Source: Oculatellaceae cyanobacterium bins.114 (GTDB lineage: Bacteria; Cyanobacteriota; Cyanobacteriia; Elainellales; Elainellaceae). Taken from it: a stretch of DNA of 15,320 nucleotides. The stretch covers positions 1-15,320 of the forward strand of contig JANRJA010000224.1 of NCBI GenBank assembly GCA_033764315.1, written 5' to 3'. Made by a program: the position numbers and the translations under genes. The notes below the pieces were generated by a model. The model saw only the letters and a list, made by a program, of their open reading frames with translations, had not been told where the DNA came from and ran no database searches. Positions 6,826 to 14,498 of the stretch are shown one piece after another. Position 1 is the first letter of the stretch, and every line of letters starts with the position of its first letter.

Positions 6826-8187
6826 CTAATGAATGCCACTGGCTGTTAAAACCCTTGTGGTAGGGCTGCCACAGGAATCTAGCAGAGAATTGGCAGGGGG
6901 TTGAACATTGACCCGCAGACGATGTAATGCTTCCCCAATCGGCAGAGCAAACCCCAACCCTTCTACTCCGCGACTGACCATCTTTTCGGTGACAATGCCA
7001 ATGACCGCACCCTGACGATTGAGCAAAGGCCCACCGCTGTTACCCGGATTGATGGCTGCATCGGTTTGAATCAAGTTACGCGATGCATCAAAACGAAACC
7101 CACTCACTACGCCTTGGGTAACTGTGTTTGACAAAGCCAAAGGATTACCGATCGCTACAACGGCTTCTCCGACCTTGACTGCATTGGTATGACAAATGGG
7201 TAGACCCATTGGGTTTTCAACAGCCTCATCCAATTGCAGCAACGCCACGTCATAATTGGCATCTCGTTTGAGAACTCGACCTTTATGAGTTGAGCCATCA
7301 TAGAGATTGACCTTGACTGAAAGGGTAGACCCAATCACATGGTGATTGGTGATGACCAATCCAGAAGAACCAACTAGAAAGCCACTGCCACGAGCAGTTG
7401 GGGTCTGAATTTGCACAATTGAGGGAATTGATCGCCCTACCAGTTGTTCTAACGAAAGGGATTCATCAGCACTGGCAATCGCTTGAATTTCATAAGCTTT
7501 TGCCAAAATAGCAGGCTCTAAGGAAGAGGGTTGGGTTAGAGTGCTGCTGAGCATTGGTTCATTAAGCAAAGTTTTGAAACTTGCTCGAATAGCCTCATAA
7601 GTAGCTGCTAGATTGTCAATTCCTTCGGCTTTAGCAAACCCTGAGATGTCTTGACGATAAATGACTTTGCCTACTTCTCGATCAAATACTTCCCACCGCA
7701 CGATACGTTCATCTTCGGTGCGATCGCCCCAAAAGGAACTGTAGGAATTGAGTTTGGCTTGAGTGATGGTGCCCCCTAAGAGAAATCGCCCCGGTTCAGT
7801 GGCACTGCTGACCTGATCAGCAAAGATTGAGTTGGATGGAGAGAGGACAACGTTATAGCCTGATTGAGTCAGTTCGTCTTCAATGAGCGATCGCACAGCC
7901 TCACCAAACTGATCGGGCAACTCCCCTGTGGCGGTATAACGCTCTTGCAAGATGTGCAGCATACCGTCATAGCGTCCGCCAATGACAACTCCAGGCAACA
8001 CTCCAGAGCGAATCTCTGTCACCTCAACGGTGGGTTGTTGTTCCACGGCTTGCAGCGATTCTGTGGAGTGTATGAAAGTTTGACTAACAGGAGCGATCGC
8101 TAAGATAGTGGCTGCTTCAACCGGGGTGGGGTAGGTAAACCAGATCCACAGAGCAATTAAAACGCTCCAAAGGGTTGCTTTAAACAT
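6826..8187 (-). CDS. Exported trypsin-like serine protease (S1C/HtrA-type catalytic domain, no PDZ) with an uncharacterised N-terminal domain
   Basis: N-terminal hydrophobic signal ending PVEA. Catalytic-domain motifs are GSGFLV, ITNHHVI (His), DVALLQL (Asp), AIGNPLAL...VTQGVVS and IQTDAAINPGNSGGPLLN (Ser). The protein ends about 30 aa after the protease domain. Confidence 0.92.
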   Translation of the reverse strand: MFKATLWSVLIALWIWFTYPTPVEAATILAIAPVSQTFIHSTESLQAVEQQPTVEVTEIRSGVLPGVVIGGRYDGMLHILQERYTATGELPDQFGEAVRSLIEDELTQSGYNVVLSPSNSIFADQVSSATEPGRFLLGGTITQAKLNSYSSFWGDRTEDERIVRWEVFDREVGKVIYRQDISGFAKAEGIDNLAATYEAIRASFKTLLNEPMLSSTLTQPSSLEPAILAKAYEIQAIASADESLSLEQLVGRSIPSIVQIQTPTARGSGFLVGSSGLVITNHHVIGSTLSVKVNLYDGSTHKGRVLKRDANYDVALLQLDEAVENPMGLPICHTNAVKVGEAVVAIGNPLALSNTVTQGVVSGFRFDASRNLIQTDAAINPGNSGGPLLNRQGAVIGIVTEKMVSRGVEGLGFALPIGEALHRLRVNVQPPANSLLDSCGSPTTRVLTASGIH

Positions 8188-8228
8188 AGGTTGGGAAATA
8201 TCCGAGCTTGTGAGAGGACTTTTGAGTG

Positions 8229-8250
8229 AAAAGTAACTAAAAAGTAACTA
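8229..8250. repeat. 11-bp perfect tandem duplication (AAAAGTAACTA x2)
   Basis: Copies at 8229-8239 and 8240-8250, about 40-60 bp upstream of the protease start. Confidence 0.8.
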
Positions 8251-8509
8251 AAACTGTGCTCGAAATTCTGCTTATCTGTAACAGTAGATTTACGGATGAA
8301 AGACATGTATTTCTACAAATCTGTTTCGCAAGGTTGAGCGATATGAAGTCTGAGTGACAAAGGATAGTTCTACGCATCCACCGTTGGGTATTTCGCTCCT
8401 GGTCTGGGGTTCCACTGTTCAGGCTTTGGCGTAAGCTCAGACGTTCAGCAAAGCTCAGTCAAGCCGTGAAGCCGCAGTGGGTTGACACTCCATAGCAGGA
8501 TTCTGAGGC

Positions 8510-11290
8510 TTATCGTAGGCAACGATTACCCGCACTACTTGCCATCAAATGCACCTGCCCATCGGCACCAACAACCCAGCCTTGGGCTTCAGTCAGGGGA
8601 GTCTCTGTGATCGTTGCTGGTGTTGTTGAGACACTGTCGCTGACGGGAGCAATTGCCGTTGAAGCAGTAACCCAATGGGATGGGCTTGGGGAAAATGATT
8701 CAAGGGTTCCAGATAAGGGATTGGGAGGTAAACCCCCGCGTCCGGTGATGACAAACTCACTTGAAGTTGGGGCGATCGCAGTGTTAGCACCACATCCTTG
8801 AGCCACCAGGTTAGAAGCATCCACAATGTCAGCAGGTAGCTCAACCAATCCCTGAGCCGGGTCTACATCAGGGGTGGTTAACGTGACTTGACCATTGAGG
8901 TTTGGGTTGGCTTGAGAGATGGCGGTAATATCGCTGCTAGACAACCGTGCCGGGTCAAGTGGGTCATCCGGTTCCAACAGGGCTTGCAACTCGGCGCGAC
9001 TGCGAGGTGTTAGTCCCAAAATGGTTTGGACGGTGATGTTGACTTCTCCCCCGGCTCCAGTAAAGGCATTGGCGGTGATGTCATTGTTTTCTTGAGGGGT
9101 GGCAACGATAAAATCGGCGGTGATATTGATGTTGCCACCATCGCCCCCGGCTCGGCTAGTTCCGGCACTGGTTGAGATGCGGCTGTTGCGTTGTAACACC
9201 AAGTTGCTGACACCTAAGGTAATGTTGCCCCCTTGAGTACTAGCGGTTTCTGCCGAGAGCAAGGCTCGATTGTCAAGGGAGAGCGATCGCGTTCGTAAGC
9301 GAATATCTCCAGCGGCTCCAGTACCTTCTGCCAGGGTAAAAATGCCACTGTTAACCGTTTGTCCGCCGATGTTGCCTGTCCCTGTTACCTCAATCCGATC
9401 AGCGGCGTTGATGGTGACGGTTCCACCAGGTCCACGGGTGCGATCGCGAAAACCCTGCTCTAACAAAGAACTTGCCCCCACTTCTCCGCCATTGAGAATT
9501 TGCAGGCGATCGACATTGAGCGTCAAATCTGCGCCTCGACCCAAACCAAAATTATCTGCCGAGATTAACGCGCCATCTTCTACTAGCAAATCAGTGGCAG
9601 TCAAAATGAGTGCGCCTGCATTGGCAGTGGTGACCGTACCATCCGTCAGAGCAGGTTCAGCAGAGACAAACAAACCGCTTCTACCTTCGCCTCGAAATTG
9701 GGCGGTTGGGGATGTGCCGCTCAGCACCACCGAATTGGCAGTAATGCTCAAGACTCCACCCTGTCCAGTATTTTGAGCCGTTGTACCGATTTGTGCTCCC
9801 CCTCGAACGGTCAAGCGATCGCTCGTGATGGTCAGTGCTCCACCATTGCCCGTTGCGGTTGGCACTTCGGCAACATTGGCAAAGATCGCGGTTGGTTCAT
9901 TGGTTCCAGGTACGGTGCCATCGAGGTTAATCAAATCCGCCACAATTCGCAGATTGCCTGCATTGCCTGCCCCAAACGTGCTGGTAGAAATCTGGGCACC
10001 CCGACTGAGGGTGAGTTGGGGTGTTTGCAATGTTAGCGTTCCACCTTGACCTGTGGCAGGCACCGCGGCTGGATCGGTCGTGTCCTGTACAACCGCAGTA
10101 AACAGTCCACTGGGTAAGCGATCGCCCCTTTGTAAAACACTGCCACTCAGGTCAACCGATCGAGTCGCAGTGATCCTTAAATTTGCCCCTTGCCCACTGC
10201 CAAAGGTGTTGGTCGAGATCTGTGCTCCATTGCTAACAATTAGCTGTCCCGTCTCAATGGTTAACGTGCTGCCTCGTCCGGTGGCGGCTTGTCGCACTTC
10301 GTTAAACAACCCCGTCGGCGTGGATCGAGTCGGGTCACCGACTAACTCCAGGCGATCGCTCGCTCTCACCTGGATGTTTCCAGTCTGTTCAGAGGCACGA
10401 GCCACCAACCGAATCTGACTCCCTTCTATAACTTGAATTCGTTGTCCTTGCACTTGAATCTCGCCACCCCGATTGCCGCTAGCATCCACGGAGGTGCCAT
10501 TACTCAACGCCATGTTTTGAAAGGCTGAAACATCGCTGTAATTGAACAGCCAACCTTGAGCGGTGGGAGTTAAACCGACCGTACCTGTGGCAACGCTGCC
10601 CAGTTCAATTCTGCCTTGAGTCGCCCGCACATCGGCTCCCGACAGACTCAGGCGACCCCCCAACAACGCCAATGTTCTGCCTGCTGCTCCAGCTAAGCTA
10701 GCGTTTTGCACTTGAATGGCTCCGGGATTCGTTCCCATTTGTAACCCAATCGGAGTGCTAATGGTGAGCAGAGGAGCAGTAGGAGTCCCATCTGCACTGA
10801 ACTCAAACCCATCTGAAAAGAGAATGCGATCGCCCGTTGTCGCGATAAAAGAACCACCCACGTTTAATGAGGCGTTTGCCCCAAAAATAATGCCATTAGG
10901 GTTGAGCAAAAAGACATTGGCACTGCCATTGGCGGCAATCACACCATCAATGTTGGAGACTGAATTGCCTGTGACTCGGCTAAAGATATTTCTGACATCA
11001 AAGGCATTGTTAAAAAATGCTTCGCCATTGGTAGGCACAGAAAACTGTTGAAAGCTGTGAAACAGATTGCTGCCCCGTTGTGTGCCACCTGTAATCTCGC
11101 ATCGGGTGCAATTAGCGGGAACGATGGAGCGATCGGGCAAAGTATTGTCAGGAATGATTTGGGCGATCGCACGGGTTGTTGTGAGACAGAGTAGTGGCAA
11201 GCCGAGAGCAATAATTTGAAGACCTATAGCTGATTTTGCCTGCCAAAATCGGATAAGGGGAGAAATTGGGGAAGGCTTAGAATCTAGCAT
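8510..11290 (-). CDS. Filamentous haemagglutinin N-terminal (TPS) domain exoprotein, cyanobacterial TpsA-like
   Basis: Signal peptide ending AIA-QIIPDNTL. TPS-domain motifs are GSNLFHSFQQFSV, NIFSRVTG...SNIDG and NVFLLNPNGIIFG. Beta-helix-type repeats (GxGGxLTIxxxxLxVxxGAQIST) follow, and the C-terminus carries SEFVITGRGGLPPNP and EAQGWVVGADGQVHL. Confidence 0.93.
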   Translation of the reverse strand: MLDSKPSPISPLIRFWQAKSAIGLQIIALGLPLLCLTTTRAIAQIIPDNTLPDRSIVPANCTRCEITGGTQRGSNLFHSFQQFSVPTNGEAFFNNAFDVRNIFSRVTGNSVSNIDGVIAANGSANVFLLNPNGIIFGANASLNVGGSFIATTGDRILFSDGFEFSADGTPTAPLLTISTPIGLQMGTNPGAIQVQNASLAGAAGRTLALLGGRLSLSGADVRATQGRIELGSVATGTVGLTPTAQGWLFNYSDVSAFQNMALSNGTSVDASGNRGGEIQVQGQRIQVIEGSQIRLVARASEQTGNIQVRASDRLELVGDPTRSTPTGLFNEVRQAATGRGSTLTIETGQLIVSNGAQISTNTFGSGQGANLRITATRSVDLSGSVLQRGDRLPSGLFTAVVQDTTDPAAVPATGQGGTLTLQTPQLTLSRGAQISTSTFGAGNAGNLRIVADLINLDGTVPGTNEPTAIFANVAEVPTATGNGGALTITSDRLTVRGGAQIGTTAQNTGQGGVLSITANSVVLSGTSPTAQFRGEGRSGLFVSAEPALTDGTVTTANAGALILTATDLLVEDGALISADNFGLGRGADLTLNVDRLQILNGGEVGASSLLEQGFRDRTRGPGGTVTINAADRIEVTGTGNIGGQTVNSGIFTLAEGTGAAGDIRLRTRSLSLDNRALLSAETASTQGGNITLGVSNLVLQRNSRISTSAGTSRAGGDGGNINITADFIVATPQENNDITANAFTGAGGEVNITVQTILGLTPRSRAELQALLEPDDPLDPARLSSSDITAISQANPNLNGQVTLTTPDVDPAQGLVELPADIVDASNLVAQGCGANTAIAPTSSEFVITGRGGLPPNPLSGTLESFSPSPSHWVTASTAIAPVSDSVSTTPATITETPLTEAQGWVVGADGQVHLMASSAGNRCLR

Positions 11291-11331
11291 TGCACGAGTT
11301 GTTTGACGATAAGGGGCATGGTCAGGCTTTG

Positions 11332-14010
11332 TCAGGCATTACGGGTCAAAACGAGAATGTAAGTTCCAAAATCTCCATTGGCAACATTTCCTCCTGTCAG
11401 GGGGTCATAGGAGGAATTTCCGAACCCACTCACGCCGATGTAGTAGACCCCTGATGCAGTTACGGTGTGTGAGATGTAGGAGTCGGTTGAAAGGGCTTCA
11501 CCCGGCGCAGCACCATCGTTGCTAAAGCGGAGTGGAGTGCCACTGGCGTTAAATAATCTCAGCACTGAGTCTACTCCCTGACCCGCCGGAAAACCTGTTG
11601 TATCAATATCCATAGTCAAGGTGTCTCCGGCGGTTAGCTGCACTCTGTAGAGGTCAACATCAATGCCTGGAGTAAAGGTAATTAGATCACCGATGCGGGT
11701 TGCAGTTGAGAAGAAGCCAAAGGATTCAGCCAATTCAACATCGAGTGCCGTCCGAATCGTGCCATTGGATTCACGAATAATCATCTCAAGGGTGTATTCA
11801 CCTGCATCTCCCAAGGCACCACTGTTGGCAACCTGGGAATTGTAAGTGCTGTTCCCGGCTCCACTGACAGCGACGTAGTAGACTCCTGTTGTCGTTGGTT
11901 GAAATTCAAGATAGGAGTCATTTCCTGCAAGTTCACCGGGGGCAGTACCGTTGTCATTAAATGCAACTTGAGTGCCATTGGCATCGAAGACTCTGATGTA
12001 AGAGTTCAGTTGCGGGAAATCTCCATCAATATCGATGGAGAGAGCTTCTCCAGAATTCAACTGCACTCGGTAGATATCAACATCTCTACTCTGACCAGGG
12101 TCGCTAAAGTCGGTGGGAACGACTCCCACTGCGGTATTCAAAATAAAGCGTCGAAATCCACTACTGCTTAAGCCTGTGTCAGTGGCAGTAGCGATCGTGT
12201 CATTGATTGGGGCGATCGCATTGTTATAAGGCATAGGTCTGGGAATGTCAGGAGGTGTAGTTCGAGACACCACTCTAGGCGGTGGAGTCCCACTACCAAT
12301 GCCATTTGGATTGATATTGATCGCATCATTCACCACGAATAATTCCTGTGGATTCGTAGTGGATGTGACGCTAAAGCGAATTTGATCGGCTTTCGCTAAG
12401 AGTTGGTTGGCAATGATGTATTCAATGGAATTAACTGCACTGATTGGATCAATAACCGATTCTTCAAACAGTCCAGTGCTGAGAATTAGCGTCCACTCAA
12501 AGATTCCTGCTTCATCTCTCAAGCGATTGTTAGTCAACCGATATTCGACCCGATTAATAGGCGCGATTTCAGTGGTGCCATCTGGCAGGGTAATCGTTCC
12601 TCCTCTGGGGATATATTGTGCTCTCAGATCTAACGTTAATGCTTGTGAAATAACGAGATCATCAAACGCATCCGCTTCTGCACCAATGCCTAACCGATTA
12701 AATCTCAAGAAAGGATCGATTCCAACTTCTCGCAGATAGCCTGTAAAGTTTTCGATCGCCCCACTGTAGATACCAACATTATTCGTCGCATTGCCGTCTT
12801 CGTCGCGTCTGTAATTACCATTGGGAGTGATGTCATACAAAAAGAAATCGTATCCAGCGTCAATGTTGTTGGTTTTAGAGCCATCACTTTGAGTGGCACT
12901 AGCCGTAATCACTGAAGAGTCATTATCGAGAATGATGATTTGTGCCTGACTGTTGCCGAGGGTTCCATTAATGGGATTACTCAAAACGACGCTAAAGGTT
13001 TCATCAAACTCATCCAAAGTGTCGTTGATTACATTAACGGCGATCGCCTTTGTGGTTTCTCCCGGTGCAAAGGTGAGCGTTCCACTCGTTGGGGTGAAAT
13101 CTGTGTTGGCCGCAGCAGTACCCGCAACCGTTTGGTAACTCACGGTAACAGGAGTGGTGTGGGTGGCACTGAGCGTTACATCGACAGCCACTGTGGTAGT
13201 GCCCGCATCACGCTCACTGACACTGACATTGCTCACTGAGATCGTGGAGCCTCCAGAACCCCCTCCCCCAAGTTGTTGCCCAGATAGACTACTCGCCGTG
13301 ATTCCTGTAAGAAGGGCGATCGCACGTCCTTGGACGCTAATCAGCGTGTCGGCTCCTTGTTGCGTCAGAGTTAGATCGCTGAATTGAGTCACTCCAGGAA
13401 GAGCATTTACGCTGATGCTGTCAATGCCTACTTGAAAATCGCGAATGGTATTGAAGCTAGTGGGTAAAGCACGATCAGCAATAAAAAAGCGATCGCGACC
13501 CGCACCACCTCTCAGGTTGTTGCTGCCAGCACCCGCCCAAAGAATGTCATCTCCCGTGCTGCCATCAACCGTGTCACGGGTTTTGGCGTAAATCGTGTCA
13601 TTGCCCGCGCCACCCGACAAAATGTTGCCGCCTCTGCCACGACGTGCATCCAAACTATCATTTCCGGCATCTCCAAACAGGCGATCGCTTCTGCCTGCTA
13701 AGAGGCGATCGTTTCCTCCGTTCCCTTTAAGATAGTTCTTCCCAGCCCCCCGTGAGGCGTCCAAAACGTCGTTACCAGCGTTGCCGATCAGCCGTTGCCG
13801 AGTCCCACGGGTTGAGAGCCGAAGACCTCGAACCGCTTTAGAACCCTCTGCCACGGGGGGTTTGGTATCCCAATTAGAATAGCTGAGATCTGCACCTAAA
13901 CTGGTGTTTGCCCCTTGCCGAATGGTAGGAAATAGGCTGCTATCAACGATGCCCAATGTAGGATGCCCGTTTGATAAAGCATTCAGGGGATCTGGCGTAA
14001 TGCCGTCCAT
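11332..14010 (-). CDS. Extracellular Ca-binding protein: RTX/haemolysin-type repeats, Calx-beta domain, unknown central domain and two PPC-like domains
   Basis: GxxGND repeats (LSGGAGNDTI, LFGDAGNDSL); Calx-beta motif SGTLTFAPGETTKAIAVNVINDTLDEFDETFSVVLSNP; two DVDxYRVQL...LRxFxAxG...DSY...GVYYxxVSG domains. I prefer ATG 14010 over the ORF-track TTG at 14103, but the start is uncertain. The stop lies 41 bp before the TpsA-like start, suggesting co-transcription. Confidence 0.88.
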   Translation of the reverse strand: MDGITPDPLNALSNGHPTLGIVDSSLFPTIRQGANTSLGADLSYSNWDTKPPVAEGSKAVRGLRLSTRGTRQRLIGNAGNDVLDASRGAGKNYLKGNGGNDRLLAGRSDRLFGDAGNDSLDARRGRGGNILSGGAGNDTIYAKTRDTVDGSTGDDILWAGAGSNNLRGGAGRDRFFIADRALPTSFNTIRDFQVGIDSISVNALPGVTQFSDLTLTQQGADTLISVQGRAIALLTGITASSLSGQQLGGGGSGGSTISVSNVSVSERDAGTTTVAVDVTLSATHTTPVTVSYQTVAGTAAANTDFTPTSGTLTFAPGETTKAIAVNVINDTLDEFDETFSVVLSNPINGTLGNSQAQIIILDNDSSVITASATQSDGSKTNNIDAGYDFFLYDITPNGNYRRDEDGNATNNVGIYSGAIENFTGYLREVGIDPFLRFNRLGIGAEADAFDDLVISQALTLDLRAQYIPRGGTITLPDGTTEIAPINRVEYRLTNNRLRDEAGIFEWTLILSTGLFEESVIDPISAVNSIEYIIANQLLAKADQIRFSVTSTTNPQELFVVNDAININPNGIGSGTPPPRVVSRTTPPDIPRPMPYNNAIAPINDTIATATDTGLSSSGFRRFILNTAVGVVPTDFSDPGQSRDVDIYRVQLNSGEALSIDIDGDFPQLNSYIRVFDANGTQVAFNDNGTAPGELAGNDSYLEFQPTTTGVYYVAVSGAGNSTYNSQVANSGALGDAGEYTLEMIIRESNGTIRTALDVELAESFGFFSTATRIGDLITFTPGIDVDLYRVQLTAGDTLTMDIDTTGFPAGQGVDSVLRLFNASGTPLRFSNDGAAPGEALSTDSYISHTVTASGVYYIGVSGFGNSSYDPLTGGNVANGDFGTYILVLTRNA

Positions 14011-14230
14011 TGTTGTGATGCCTGTGACGATTTCAAGGATTTCAAGAGTGTATCCAGTTTGGCAAACAATGATCCCGGAAATCAAGACCAAGACTTTACA
14101 CAAACTTTGTTATCTTTTTCAGGTGAGATGGAGAAGGTAAAACAGGTTTTACCCAAATTTTGGACAGACCCTTGAATCTATAATGGGTCAGACAAAGCTT
14201 GTAATTTTCATAGTATGCCTCGCATTAAAT

Positions 14231-14256
14231 GCGTGTCTTAAAAGCGTGTCTTAAAA
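14231..14256. repeat. 13-bp perfect tandem duplication (GCGTGTCTTAAAA x2)
   Basis: Copies at 14231-14243 and 14244-14256. Confidence 0.9.
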
Positions 14257-14265
14257 GTCTAGACT

Positions 14266-14359
14266 TACAGCAATTTTCATTTGTGTGTACCACATCAACG
14301 TGTTGTATCGCCTGAATCCCAGTCATTTGCTGTGTGGCACTTGTCTGAAAACCGCTTTA
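14266..14359. mobile_element. ~94-bp MITE-like element with TA-bounded imperfect TIRs (IS630-derived type)
   Basis: TACAGCAATTTTCA (14266-14279) matches the reverse complement of TGAAAACCGCTTTA (14346-14359) at 11/14. Both ends terminate in TA. Confidence 0.5.
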
Positions 14360-14368
14360 GGTAGCATT

Positions 14369-14445
14369 GGCGACTAAAGTCGCAACTACAAGGACAAAAC
14401 CTGCCTGCACAGGTTACAGAAAGTTTGGATTGGTTTGAAGTCCAC
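14369..14445. repeat. Left half plus spacer of the REPIN-like four-hairpin module (truncated copy)
   Basis: Hairpin GCGACT-aa-AGTCGC (14370-14383), CTAC (14386-14389) and hairpin AACCTG-cctgca-CAGGTT (14398-14415). A spacer homologous to 138-162 follows and breaks off at AGTCCACC. Confidence 0.8.
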
Positions 14446-14446
14446 C

Positions 14447-14482
14447 TGGTTCTTACTACCCTCATGGTTCTCACTGCCCTCT
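14447..14482. repeat. 18-bp imperfect tandem duplication
   Basis: TGGTTCTTACTACCCTCA (14447-14464) and TGGTTCTCACTGCCCTCT (14465-14482), 15/18 identical. Confidence 0.65.
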
Positions 14483-14498
14483 GTAATTGCCTTGCTCA

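Noticed and set aside
8593..14140. Numerous short ORFs overlapping the TpsA-like and RTX/PPC genes
   Set aside because: Antisense or off-frame shadows of long, motif-supported genes, with no independent evidence.
14255..14266. Palindrome AAGTCTAGACTT resembling two abutted ends of the right-hand IS (TAGACTT)
   Set aside because: Only 7 bp per arm match, and the palindrome overlaps a tandem duplication and a MITE end, so chance cannot be excluded.
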